From NCBI RefSeq assembly GCF_009914755.1, contig NC_060939.1: a stretch of DNA of 64,000 nucleotides; one strand, written 5' to 3'. This DNA comes from the human T2T-CHM13v2.0 reference genome, Homo sapiens. The first letter of the stretch is position 1. The number at the start of each line of letters is the position of its first letter. Below, piece after piece: positions 21,303 to 38,486 of the stretch. Below the pieces are notes generated by a model. It was not told where the DNA came from. It did no database searches and saw only the letters and a list, made by a program, of their open reading frames with translations. The position numbers and the translations under genes were made by a program.

Positions 21303-21781
21303 GGGAATTTCGATGCTGAAAGAGGGAGGGAAAATTAGAATGCTGTGGCTAGCCACTGATGAACCCATGGACAGTTAGCTTTCAAACTTTTAGACTATGA
21401 TTAATATACTAAGAAAAGACACTACAGCAGATACAACTGTAGCCAACTTACAGTTGGGTATTTTATGTATTTGTTTGTTTCTTTTATTTCTCACCTTGTT
21501 CCAGAATGTGAAGCAAAGCTATCTTATTATTTCTCTTCCAGGACAGCATCAGGAAAATATGAAGCTCTTGTTTCTTTTCTTTCTCCTTGGCCTGCAAAGG
21601 CCTGTGTTTAGCTCTGTAATAATTTCTTTTCAAACTTGAGTTGCTCAGGCAACTACACTCTTTGCTCTCTAACTTGACCCCATTTCCTGATGAATGGTCT
21701 TTTCATTTCTTTGCTAAGACCTAAAGGTTTTTACATTCTGCAATTTTCTCTGCTAAATAGCTCTAGGCATTACTGCTTATA

Positions 21782-21917
21782 AAATCATAGACAATCATAA
21801 AACCTTAGATTTGGAAGGAACCTTGGAGACCATCTAATCCTACCCCCTCATTTTACAGTTAAAGAAATTGAGTTCTCAAGAGGGTAAATAACTTGTTCAG
21901 AGTCATCCAGCTAATTT
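21782..21917 (-). mobile_element. MIR3/MIR fragment
   Basis: ttggaaggaaccttggagaccatctaatcc..ctcattttacagttaaagaaattgag. Confidence 0.75.
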
Positions 21918-23274
21918 GTAGACTGGGTAGTATTTTCCCAAGCTAATTTTTTGACTTGAATAGAACTACAACTGAAACCATTTTAAAGAGCACATACTTT
22001 TACATCTTGATCCTTTTGAAATATAATAATATAATTTACAGAACCAAATTTATAAAATCACCACTTTTAATCCTGAAAAACACTGTGATGTAAGAAATGG
22101 CTAAATGAGGTTCGTTATTTACATGCTTTTTAATAGGCCATGTATTAAAACTCTGGTCTCAGATTTACTAGTTAATTGAAGGTTGGCTAAATCAACCTAA
22201 AGAGATTGCTTTGCTTTACCTAATGACTTCTATGGTGGAGGGCAGGGGCAGTTGAAAGAAAATGGACCAACACAAACAGAGAGACATAATGTCAGCATGG
22301 GAATGAGGTTAGGCTCAATAATCTACTGTCATTATTATTACTGTTAATATAATATCATACTTTGTGTGCATAACATCATGACTCTAGCTTGGCAGTATGA
22401 AGTCCAGATAAGAAATTATAAGTTACCTTTGTGTCCAGAATTTTAATCTAGCTAGAGCCAAAGATGAGTCATCCTCTTTTTACTGCGCACTCGCTTCAGA
22501 CAGAGGGGTCCTCCTATGTGGCCACAGGTAACTCATAGAACCTTTGAAGAGCCACTTTTCTTGACTGCTCTATATCTCTCTTTGCAAAATTGTGTATCTC
22601 ACAAGTAGGCTCATTCTCAACATTTGTGAGCTTAATGGGAATGTGCCAATGGATATTTCTCACCCTGCTCCAATGGAACACCCACCCTTCTGTCCATACT
22701 GACCTCACAGAGACTTGTAAGTGCTCAGACTCTACCCCACATATCCAAGCTCTATCCACAACTCCAAACACCATACACAGCTGCCCCTTGACCACATTTT
22801 GGGCAGTATAATCCACCCCTAAAAAGACAAGAGAAGGGCAGAAGCTCAAGCAACCCCTGGAAGCAGGTTCAGACTTCACAGCAAGGGAACTATGGGTTTC
22901 CTGAGTAAGGGGAACTTTATTTAGAAGAGGGAAGGAGGTTCCAGGTGGAACAATCCCCTTGGCCATACAGACCTATTACTCTGTGGGGAGAGTGGGTACC
23001 AGAGGGGATCCAGAGTAGGGTCCTCTGAAGCACAGAACCCAGGAAAGCAATCTCAGTCAAGTTGACTGGATCAAAAGCAGTGCTGGTGACAAGAAAACTG
23101 TGGGACGAGGCCCTCCTACAGGTGTTGTCTCTTGGGTTGGACCTATATAAGGAATGGAAGCAAAGATGTTTGATGAACAGAGAGAAGCCACCTCAAACAA
23201 GTTATTTTTTTAAATTGGGAAGGTTCAGAGATGTTCTAAAAGAGCATCTAAGGAACAAGTCTGTTTAAAATTAT

Positions 23275-23450
23275 TTCATGTCAGAAATAGAAGGAATCCT
23301 CAAAATCCTCTAATAAAGATGGAATGTGATCACAGAGACAAGAAACTTGTCCAAGGTCAGACTGAAGTTAGTAACAGAGCTCAGCCCCAAAACTTGGAAC
23401 TTGGGCTTCTAGGTCCTCAGGCCTGAGTCTTTCCTTAAAGTGGTGCTGTA
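23275..23450 (-). mobile_element. MIR-family fragment
   Basis: acttgtccaaggtca..gttagtaacagagc..gaacttgggcttct. Confidence 0.55.
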
Positions 23451-23598
23451 TTCCTTTGAAGTATAGCTTTAAGCAACATGAAAGAAGGACGGTCATAGGG
23501 TAGTTCTTATTCTGTAAGTATATCTTTTCACCTATGTGATCAAGCACAGCTACAAATACCAACAATTTCTACTGAAAATCAAAGACCAATCAGCCTGC

Positions 23599-23610
23599 GT
23601 GTGTGTGTGT

Positions 23611-23661
<51 letters not shown>

Positions 23662-23673
23662 GGAGAGAGAGAG
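23599..23673. repeat. Compound (GT)n(GA)n microsatellite
   Basis: Seen directly. Confidence 0.95.
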
Positions 23674-23952
23674 ACTGGAAATCAAGTAAAGAAAGGGAAG
23701 CACTAAAATGTAAATGCTGGGGCTGATGTCTTGATGAATATGCCAAGCACTGGAGAAACTTTATTTTGTTTTATGAATCAAACCAGGAAGGGATATTATC
23801 AGTATAAGGTGTTTCAGTTGGGGAAGTTGGTGCAATGAGAAGAGGCAGAAATGAAGATGGGAGTTACAGGGGTTCCTCACTCCCACTTACCCCAACTTTG
23901 GGACCACATACATACTCCACTCATATTCTCCCACATTGTTGGTAATGCTTGC

Positions 23953-24673
<721 letters not shown>

Positions 24674-24829
24674 TTAATAGTGTTACAACAAATTAATATT
24701 TGTGGTCTATGAAAAAGGGAATTAGACTGTAGTATAGAATTTGTATTCCAGTTCCAGCCCTGCAGCAAGCCCTTTAACCTCTTTAAGTCAGTTTTCCCAA
24801 AGATAAAGTGTAAACAAGAAACTTAGCTC

Positions 24830-25215
24830 TTAATATTTATGGCAGAAAAAATGAAAAAAAAAAAACCTCAAAAGTCCAACAACAGGGAAATAAATTATAG
24901 AATATTTATATGCTAGAGTATTGTTAACAATAAAAATTTAGTTTTGAAAATTGTTAGCAATATACTAAAGATTCACAATATAATATTGTGAAAAAACATG
25001 ATTTAGAAACAGTCTATTGAATTATGCAAATTTTACTAAATATTCTTTCAAGCATATAAAATACTTGAAAGAAATAAATCAAAATGTTAATTTTATTATT
25101 TCATGGTGGTGATTAGAGATGGTTTAACTTTTCTTCTTTACATAGTATATTTGTTATTTTCTGAATTGTGTTTAATGAACATATACCAATTTTACCATCA
25201 GAAAAGATGTTGTTT
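24830..25215 (+). mobile_element. Ancient L1M 3' end fragment
   Basis: gtccaacaacagggaa, aagattcacaatata, gaaagaaataaatcaaaatgttaa, ggtggtgattagagatgg. Confidence 0.5.
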
Positions 25216-25338
25216 TTAATAAAACAATGTGCTTTAGCTTAGTTTATAAGGATATTTAGAGGAAAATGGAAACAAGTTTGAATACTCTCGATTCTGACAA
25301 AAATGTGCTAAGCAATCCTAGTACTTATGTTAAAGGGA

Positions 25339-26131
<793 letters not shown>

Positions 26132-26479
26132 TCAAGAAAAAGTCAAATTGACCCTCATCAGCCTACAGCAACTTTATCCATTCACTAGGAGGGATGACCA
26201 GCTCCTTGGGAAGATTTTTGTGCCTGAGGTGGGGCCTCAGACAGGGGTGGGAAATGTTTAAACAGACTCCTTTTCCCATGGCTTCAATTTCAGTCCCTCT
26301 TCTCAGCAGGGAGTGACCACTGTCTCTGTCATTCCCCACAGAAGCTGCTTATAAGATGAAAAAAGGTTAAAATACAAGTTCTTGGGAAATAAAAGCAGAG
26401 GGCAAGTAGGGCTGCAGGGGGAGCTAGTACCAGAATTGAGCTTGGCATCCTGGGAAGGTGAGGTCAGGTAAGATAGGGA

Positions 26480-26965
26480 CTACTACTATTATAGACTACT
26501 GGGTCAAGTACTAGCTATTAATGATCTCATTTAACCCTTTAATAATATGAAGTTAGCCGTGTTATATCTTCCTCCCCGCCCCCGCACCCCCCCCCCCCCC
26601 CCCCCCCCCCGCTCCTCCTCCAACTGGAGTAACTGAAGCTCAGGTAAAACAAAACAAAATGAAACAAAAAACCATTTGCCAGGTTATTTCTTCCTCCCCT
26701 TCCTCCTCCTCCCCCTCCCTCCTCCTCCTCCCCCTCCCTCCTCCTCCTCCTCCTTCTCCTCCTCCTTCTTCTCCTGCTCCTCCTCCTGCTCCTCCTCCTG
26801 CTCCTCCTCCTGCTCCTCCTCCTCCTCCTCCAACTGGAGTAACTGAAGCTCAGGCAAAACAAAACAAAATGAAACAAAAAACCACTTGCCAAGATCACAC
26901 AGGTAAATGCTGGAGCCAGAGTTTGAATTGAGGTTTTAGTGGCTCTGAAATGTGTACTTTTTACA
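26480..26965 (-). mobile_element. MIR hosting the duplication
   Basis: atctcatttaacc, aactgaagctcag, acttgccaagatcacacag..ggagccagagtttgaa. Confidence 0.65.
26555..26891. repeat. Tandem duplication inside a MIR: 70-bp block twice (26612-26681, 26822-26891), preceded by C24 and by (CCT)n/(CCTCCTGCT)n
   Basis: ctcctcctccaactggagtaactgaagctcagg(t/c)aaaacaaaacaaaatgaaacaaaaaacca(t/c)ttgcca occurs twice with 2 mismatches. Confidence 0.93.
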
Positions 26966-26989
26966 ACAGAGTCTGGTGAGCCCCAGAGT

Positions 26990-27100
26990 TGTTTAATACC
27001 AGATTCACCCAGAAAGAAATTTGAAAATACAAATTCCAAAATTCCATCCCTAGAAATTCTGATTTTAATTATGTCAGGAATGGGACCAAGGAATCTGTAA
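26990..27100. mobile_element. MER5-family (hAT-Charlie) fragment
   Basis: aaaatacaaattcc..ccatccctagaaattctgatt..tgggaccaaggaatctgta. Confidence 0.55.
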
Positions 27101-27364
27101 GGCGTTAAGGAGGTTCGAGGACTGCAGCTCTCTTCCACATTGCTGCTCCCACATCAGCAATTAGTCAAGATGTGCTCTTGTGCATGGGCCTGAAGACTCA
27201 GCCCAGTGAGTGAGCTATGTGTGAACTTCACACTCTTGGCCCCTGCCAGTTCCTCAGCCTCATATCTCCCTCCCACCAAGTCAGAATTTGGGAAAGCCAG
27301 CCAGTCAGGAAGAGTGCTAAAACAAAAAATATAAATACAATGAGATAGAAATAATGAAGCTTCG

Positions 27365-27675
<311 letters not shown>

Positions 27676-27957
27676 TTAGGGTGGTGACTGGGAGGAGGGG
27701 ACAAGCACCCCATGGAGTTGCTTCAGTCACAATCAATGGTCATTTAACTGCGTCTAAGGAGGTCAGGTCTTAGGTGCAGGCCTTTTGTTTGGCTGATTTG
27801 CTTTGCAGATTTGGGTCCAAGGCATGCAAATGTCCCTGTTTAGGATCACAAAGGAGTCACTGGGGAGCCACCAGCATTCTCTCCACTACATTTCACATCT
27901 TCTCCAGACTTAATAAACCTTTCCTTTAAATAAATATGTTTAAGATATGTCAAAAAG

Positions 27958-28263
27958 AGCCGGGCGCGGTGGCTCACACCTGTAATCCCAGCACTTTGGG
28001 AGGCTGAGGCGGGTGGATCACAAGGTCAGGAGATCGAGACCATCCTGGCTAATACGGTGAAACCCCGTCTCTACTAAAAAAATACAAAAAATTAGCCAGG
28101 CGTGGTGGCGGGTGCCTGTAGTCCCAGCTACTCGGGAGGCTGAGGCAGGAGAATGGCTTGAACCTGGGAGGCGGGAGGCAGAGCTTGCAGTGAGCGGAGA
28201 TCGTGCCTCTGCTCTCCAGCCTGGGTGTTAGAGCGAGACTCCATCTCAAAAAAAAAAAAAAAA
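27958..28263 (+). mobile_element. AluY
   Basis: TSD aagatatgtcaaaaaga. Confidence 0.95.
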
Positions 28264-28344
28264 GATATGTCAAAAAGATTAGTTTGAAGAGGCACAAAAT
28301 TACTGACCTGTCTCATGCATCCCTGCATTTTAGTTCTGCTCTGT

Positions 28345-28711
28345 CTCATCCCATCCCCGCATTACCTCTGTTCTCCTCCAGGCCTTTGCACACCATTCCC
28401 ACCACCTGGAACACTCTTCTGCCTGCTCGCTCTCTCTACACCTATCTATCTCATTCTTATTCATCTTTTAGGTCTAGGCTTAAACATTGCTTTCTCTGGG
28501 AGCCTTCCTCAACATAGAGGTTAGAGACTCTTAGTGTATGTTCTGACACCTATCACCACACTCATCAGATTTCATCGTCATTACATATTTAATTATCTGT
28601 TTCCCCCTAAACTGTGAGCTCTCTGAAGACAGGACTTTTGTTGTTTTGTCCATCACTGTTTCTTCATAGCTAGTCCAACGTTCATGAAATCTGTACTGAG
28701 TGATTGAATGA
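28345..28711 (+). mobile_element. L2 3' end
   Basis: ggcctttgcac..cctggaacactct, aactgtgagctctctgaagacaggact, ..tgattgaatga. Confidence 0.75.
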
Positions 28712-29526
28712 GCCGAGAGTCTGAGGCTATGTACATAGTGAGCCCCTTACTTAGAAGGATTAAAAGTTGGGACTGGAACTGTGATCAGTTCATAGGAACT
28801 CCAGTGTATAGATTCTCTAACTTTACCAAAGCTCAACCTTATCCAGATTATGGTGCCAAGAATCCTGGGATGCAAATCAGAAATATAAGATCCAGCGAAG
28901 TTGTGTAACCTTTTGCCAGTTGTTTAACCTCTTCAACCACTCCCAGCTTTTCTGAGTAGCAAACTGTAGGAAAGTACAGTGCTTTGAAACAATACAAATA
29001 CGAGTCTCCTTTTGTGGAGACATAGAAGAGATGTGTCATCTTTAAAGGGACCACTTTCTGGTTTCCATTTTTCCCACCTCAAGCCATACCTCTGGGAGGG
29101 TAAGCACAGTCAGTACAGTGGAGGCTCTCATCAACGCCACTCACCACTGCCATTATCTGGCTGATTAATACAGTTTGTGTTATTGCAAAGGAAAGGGGAG
29201 GAGGAGAGAGAACAACGTGGCAGCATTTGTGGTATAAGAATGTGGTAGATCTGTCAAAAACACTTTCCAGATTCCTCATTCTCTAGGGGACAATTTTTCT
29301 GCTGGTATTTTGAGATCTCAAAATTAAATACCTGTGCCAGAACTGCCATCTCTAAGGTGACAATACTAGAAATCTCCCTCGGCTTCTTAACATGAGAGGT
29401 TTTAAATATTAGCTGCCTTAATGAAGTACCATATGGATAACATTTTAGGACAGGCAGTCAAATTGTGACAAAAAAAAAAAAAACAAAAAATGATTAACTG
29501 CAAAAGCAAGAAAAAGAATTTGAAGT

Positions 29527-29592
29527 AGGGTTGCCAGATTTAGCAAGTAAAAATATTTGAGAAATAATTGCACTAAAAAAGTATTAATTGTT
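29527..29592. mobile_element. MER53 (hAT) fragment
   Basis: TIR tagggttgccagatttagcaagtaaaaata. Confidence 0.6.
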
Positions 29593-29797
29593 GGCCAGGC
29601 ACGGTGGCTCACGCCTGTAATCTCAGCACTTTGGGAGGCCAAGGCAGGCGGATCACCTGAGGCCAGGAGTTCAACACCAGCCTGGCCAACATGGTGAAAC
29701 CCCATCTCTACTAAAAATACAAAATTAGCCGGATGTGGTGGCAGGCCCCTGTAATCCCAGCTACTTGGGAGGCTGAGGCAGGAGAATCGCTTGAACC
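29593..29797 (+). mobile_element. AluS, 3'-truncated
   Basis: Ends abruptly at cttgaacc, no tail. Confidence 0.93.
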
Positions 29798-30238
29798 GTG
29801 TGTGGCTGGTATTTCTTTAATGTTATCAAATACCTAATGAGGGTTCAAGTTTCTGATTGTCTAAAAAAATTTTAAAAGTTTTTGCTTTTTAAAAAAATCA
29901 CAAACCAAATAAAGTCCCTTTGTTTGTAATTTGTTCATAAGTTTCTCCTTCCTTCCTCTCTCTCTCTTTTCCCTTGCAAGCTATATGTTGAAGAAATTCG
30001 GTTGTCCAGTTGAGTCTCTTACATTCTGGATTTTTCTGATTGTATCCTCTGCGTATTTGTATCTCTTATAAACTGTTAGCTGGATTTAGAGATTTAGTCT
30101 GATTCAGTTTAAAATTTTTTGCAAGAATACCTTCAGGTGGTGGTGTGTACTTCCATCAGGAGGCATATAATATCTAGTGGTCTCTCTTTTTGTGATATTA
30201 GCAGCCACTGATGATCATTGCCTAGAGTATGTAATTAG

Positions 30239-30561
<323 letters not shown>

Positions 30562-30609
30562 AGTGGTGTTATTCTTATATCGTTGTTTCTCTATTTATTC
30601 TTTTTCCTT

Positions 30610-30750
30610 CGTGTGTGTGTGTGTGTGTGTTTAGTAGAGACAGGGTTTTGCTATGTTGCCAGGCTGGTCTTGAACTCCTGGCCTCAACTGAGCCGCCCGC
30701 CTTGGCCTCCAAAGTGCTGGGATTACAGGCATGAGCCACCGTGCCCTGCC
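30610..30750 (-). mobile_element. Alu left monomer (FLAM-like) with (TG)n tail
   Basis: tagagacagggttttgctatgttgccaggctgg...gagccaccgtgcc. Confidence 0.88.
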
Positions 30751-30860
30751 ATTATTGATTCTTTTTTCATTACAAATTTATTTTTTAATTATTATTTTCC
30801 TTTTTGGTATTGCTCCTTGTGGAGCAGGGATAACCCATAGGCAGTGTGCCCAGAGTAGTC
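30751..30860 (-). pseudogene. Retrocopy of a 55-nt hairpin RNA resembling an ERV1 LTR R-region (MER66-like), with A-rich tail
   Basis: Minus strand gactactctgggcacactgcctatgggttatccctgctccacaaggagcaatacc then an A-rich tail; 13-bp TSD tctatttattctt at 30590-30602 and 30861-30873. Confidence 0.65.
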
Positions 30861-30933
30861 TCTATTTATTCTTGAGAGAACCTTCCCTCATCAACTATTT
30901 TGTTACCCTGAGGTGTATTTCATGTAGGAAAGT

Positions 30934-31364
30934 ATCATAGCTCAGTTTCTAGGAGAACAGACTCTGAGATGAAAATTGCATGTCACAGGTTTAAAGCAGG
31001 AAGCCCTAGGGAACAACACCTGTAAGAAAGTGAGGAAAGTGCTGGACAGAGTGAGAAAGAAGTTGAACTGTGATGGAATTTTAAAGAACCCAGACAATCC
31101 TACAGTGAGCTTTAAAGCCGGCATAGCTCCTCAAAGTTAAGGCTGTGCCTTTATACCCTCCACCCCGCCCATGCATTGACTAATCACTGTGGGCTGACCT
31201 TGGGTTGAGGATGTAATCTTGAGTAAGACAGCTCCCCTTACCCAATAACAATTCCTGGGAGTGGCTCAGCTGAGGAACTTTAGCAGTGGAGGCTCCTGGG
31301 GACTGAACGAGCATCTCAGTTGTGAAGGGGCCTATCTGAGTGGTGCACTTAAGTATCAAATACA
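30934..31364 (-). mobile_element. LTR16-family ERVL LTR
   Basis: aacagactctgagatg..ttgcatg, aacacctgtaag, gaagttgaactgtgatg, gcctttataccc, atctgagtggtgcac..taca. Confidence 0.75.
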
Positions 31365-31420
31365 AAAGGACAAGTTAAATGGTTGATTCCTTCTCTTTAT
31401 TTACCAGATTCAAGAATCAT

Positions 31421-31730
<310 letters not shown>

Positions 31731-31761
31731 AGAATCATGAGTTGAGTTGATGAGTTGTTTC

Positions 31762-32525
<764 letters not shown>

Positions 32526-33034
32526 TAGATTTTTAAAAAATATTTTTTGTTGCCTGAATTGCCTTTCTACTTTAGAAAGCTAGAGTGATATCTTGAAAGT
32601 TGTGGGATTTTTTTATTGGGACAAAAACCAGATGCTAGTCTTACATATTTTGCTTTTATGAAGTGGGAAAAGAGATCCAACCTGCCTTATTTTTCTGAAA
32701 AAATTTTTTTAATTAATGGCCTTGATTAGTGTCTGAAAGCTCCATTTTGATGTCCAAATTAGGTCTTCTCCAGAGCTTGCTAGGAAAGTTCTTTCCTTAC
32801 CTTTTGGTGATTTGGGCTATAGATTTTTCTGTTTTCTCCATTAGTCTCCATTAGTCTTATCCTTTTTTCTCTAATATTTCTTTCAACTTTCTGGTCAGTT
32901 ACTAGTTCATTTTTCTTGTTTTTTAGCACAATGTATATTAATAAATAGGAATTTTAGTGACATTGGGATAAAAATGGTGGTGGTGGTGGTACTGTGCTTA
33001 GTCTGTCATTTCAAAATGGATGCTTCCTAATGTC

Positions 33035-33464
33035 TTTTTTTTTGAGACGAGGTCTCACTCTGTCGCCCAGGCTGGAGTGCGGTGGCGTGCTCTCGGCTCA
33101 CTGCAACCTCTGCCTCCCAGGTTCAAGCAGATTGCCTCAGCCTCCCAAGTAGCTGGGATTACAGGCGCGAGCCACCACGGCTGGTGGTTTCACCATGTTG
33201 GCCAGGCTGGTCTTACACTCCTGACCTCAGGTGATCTATCTGCCTTGGCCTCTCAAAGTCCTGGGATTACAGACATGAGCCATCACACCCAGCCCTTAAT
33301 GTCAAAAATAAAGATCTAATTTCTTCTAAAAAAAAATTTTTTTTTTCAGAGATTGGGTCTTGCTCTGTTGACCAGGCTGGTCTTGAACTCCTGCTCTCAA
33401 GCAATCCTCTCATCACAGCCTCCCAAAGTGCTAGGATTACAGGAATGAGCCACTACACCTGGCC
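33035..33464 (-). mobile_element. AluS lacking its linker (33035-33294) and a FLAM monomer (33335-33464)
   Basis: gccaccacggctggtggtttcacc junction; a monomer follows. Confidence 0.9.
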
Positions 33465-33496
33465 AAAATCTAATTTCTTATATAAGACATCAGGGT

Positions 33497-33814
<318 letters not shown>

Positions 33815-33864
33815 TTATACTGGAAGTCCTTAGTTAAGAAGTAGATTTACAAATATCAGAGCTC

Positions 33865-34860
<996 letters not shown>

Positions 34861-35159
34861 AGTAAAAACCAGCACTTGTATTTGAGCGTAATTTGTACGC
34901 TTATTTGTTATTATTTTTTTAAAACAGTTTTTAATTCTATGTTTGTTAGGATCTACAATATGTCATGAACTGTACTATGATTTGTTGGTGGTCTTCTGGC
35001 TCATATTCTTAGTCTTGGCTAAATAGCCTAACCTACCATTGGCAGTAACAATAGAGAAGTGTCTAACTTTGGGGCTATTCTTTTTCCTTAACCGTTATTT
35101 GACTGATGGGTATTTTAGAAGGCTGGAGAAGGCATATCTGGACTGCAAAGCTCAACTGA

Positions 35160-35500
<341 letters not shown>

Positions 35501-35599
35501 AGGATATTCTTACTTTAATCTCATATGGGAAAACAGGTTATGGAATAAGTGGATGACTTTCAAATAAAGCTGTCTGGTTAGAACTGGGAAATACAGGTC

Positions 35600-35880
35600 T
35601 GGGACTAAGATGATAATTCAAGGAATGCTGCATAGGGCAGAAGGTTCACCAGCTGTTTTCATTTCATCAAATGACAGAACAAATGCACATGTACTTAAGC
35701 TGAAGCCAGAATACCTTAAAAAGAATTTCCTGGAAGACTGAGGAGCGTAATGCAGAGGATAGTTTAATAGATTTCTTCAGAATTTGGAAAGGTTTGCCTT
35801 TATTCGGGCCATAGATTCTTATCGAGGGATGGGTTCAATAGCTAATAGCTTCTTAGTGTACTTTCCAGCCCCAGGAGTCA
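35600..35880 (+). mobile_element. L3/CR1 3' end relic
   Basis: gacagaacaa..cttaagctgaagc..aaaagaatttcctg..gatgggttc..ttccagcccc resembles the CR1 3' terminus. Confidence 0.45.
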
Positions 35881-36376
35881 GTAATTTAGTGTATTTAAGT
35901 AGGAATCTCCCTGACATTTTTGCATTGAATATCAGAATAAATAGCTAATAGCATATCCATATAACTTGCTAACATGTCATTTAGGCTGCCTGAGGGCTGC
36001 AGTAAATTGCTCTGCCACATTTTTAAGTGAATATACAAATGCTGAGCATCAGTGATAAGATGATCCTGTGTTTTATTGTATTATTACTTTTCCCCTCCGG
36101 TGCTGAGAAATGAATTGCTTATGAGACGGAAAGGGGTATGGCTTAATAACTTGTAACCAGATATTCCATGCAGCGATGTGAACTTCCATGTCCTTATTTT
36201 AGCCCTCTTTCTTCCCAAGAACAGTAGAATCTCATAATGTGGGAAAGGGTGGTATAGTCACCCTTGAATATAAAATGCCTATAGGAATTAGGTACAAGTG
36301 AGAATAAAACAATAAAATGAACTTGTAATTGGTGACTATCTTATCCTTCTTCCTAAAAGTAGTGCCAAGAGACCAC

Positions 36377-36560
36377 TAATAATAATGATATTAACATGAG
36401 GCTTATTACAAGGCAGTCACTGTCCTAAATGTTTTACTAATATTAACTTAGTGCTTACAACAACTTGTGAAGTAGATATAGTTATTATCTCCATTTTATG
36501 GATGAGAGAACTGAAACACAGACATTAAGTGATCACCCATGGTCACACAGAGTACTAGCT
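36377..36560 (-). mobile_element. MIR
   Basis: acaacaacttgtgaagtag..tctccattttatggatgagagaactgaaacacaga..ggtcacacag. Confidence 0.82.
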
Positions 36561-37180
36561 ACTATGCTCAACTGTCTCTAATGAAATACTGATTTCCTGA
36601 CTGTATTTGAGTTTGTTCAATACTGTGTTTCTAGGGAAGACTTAATCAGTTTTTGAGAAAACATGGCATTCAGTCCAATTTCAAATTAGGAAGATTCTTT
36701 GGCTCAATTCCTTTAGTCTTTAAAAAGTCCCTCAGAGACCTTTCTTGGATAATTAGTTGCAAACAATATCAATTATATCTAAGAGGACAAATTTAATTAC
36801 TACAGAAGACCAATTGATTTTTTTAATTATCATTGATTGCTCAGTAGTTATCTCAGTGTAAAGATTTGTACATTCTAAATCTTTAATTTAGTTGGTTTAT
36901 TAAGTAGCCTAAAGGTTGGCACCAAAGGAAGACAGGTGAATTTTTCCCCGGCTCTCTTATCTTCTCAATGAAAGTAAACACCTTCCTTGGAAGCCTAAGA
37001 TAGTCAACAGCAAAAACAGCAACAACAAAACAACAACAATTAATATTAAATTATGTGTAGGATTTCGGGAGATTTTCTCTTTTTTGATTTTAGGGGGTTT
37101 ATTGGAGGAGCGATACCCTAGTTTTCCTAATGGTGGGGATAGAGCTTGCTTTATTAGCTGTCTCAGTACCAGGATGCAGA

Positions 37181-37806
<626 letters not shown>

Positions 37807-37974
37807 CTATCTCATCTTTAAAATGAGGATAATCACATCTGTCTTGCCTACAGGCCAAGTCTGTGACAGTACATTACAAAATATTAAATGTATGTAAATT
37901 CAAGGATCATTAATATTTAGAGATAACTGTGATATTTTCATTATTTTGCTATAAAAATATTGTCTGACACTAAT

Positions 37975-38486
37975 TGTATCAGTAATCTACTGTGGCATAA
38001 GAAACTACCCTCTAAACTTATTGACTTAAAGCAACCATTTATTATTTCTCTCTTATAAGCCTACAAGTCAGCCAGATGAGTTCACTGGTCTGCATCAGGC
38101 TCAGATATACTTAGTTGGTCTTGCTTATGTTTCTGTGATCAGCTCGGGGGGTGGGCTGGTGCTGGCTGGTCTAGGATGGCCCCAGCTGGGATGATTTGGC
38201 CCTCTTTCATGTGGTCTCTCATTCTTTAGCAGGTAGCCCAGAGCTGTTCTCATGGCAAAGGAAGAGAAGGAAGTGAGAGAGTGCGTATAACACCTCTTGA
38301 GGCCTTGGCTATGAATGGGATCCCATCATGTCCCCCACATTGTAGTGACCAAAGCAATCTACAAGACAGCCTGATTCAAGGGGTGGACATGAGGACTAAT
38401 GAATTTCACATCTTGATGGGAAGAGCTGCATATACACATTGTAAGGAGTAGGAAAAAGAGGAGCCATTTTGCCATGATCTACTACA
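37975..38486 (-). mobile_element. MLT1 (G/H-like) MaLR solo LTR
   Basis: tgtatcagtaatctac...gacttaaagcaaccatttatt...cttgatgggaagagctgca...tctactaca; 5-bp TSD ctaat. Confidence 0.82.

Noticed and set aside
26539-27138. 199-aa Arg/Gly-rich and 90-aa Pro-rich ORFs
   Set aside because: Produced by the C-rich microsatellites and the tandem duplication inside a MIR; not an SR or formin-like protein.
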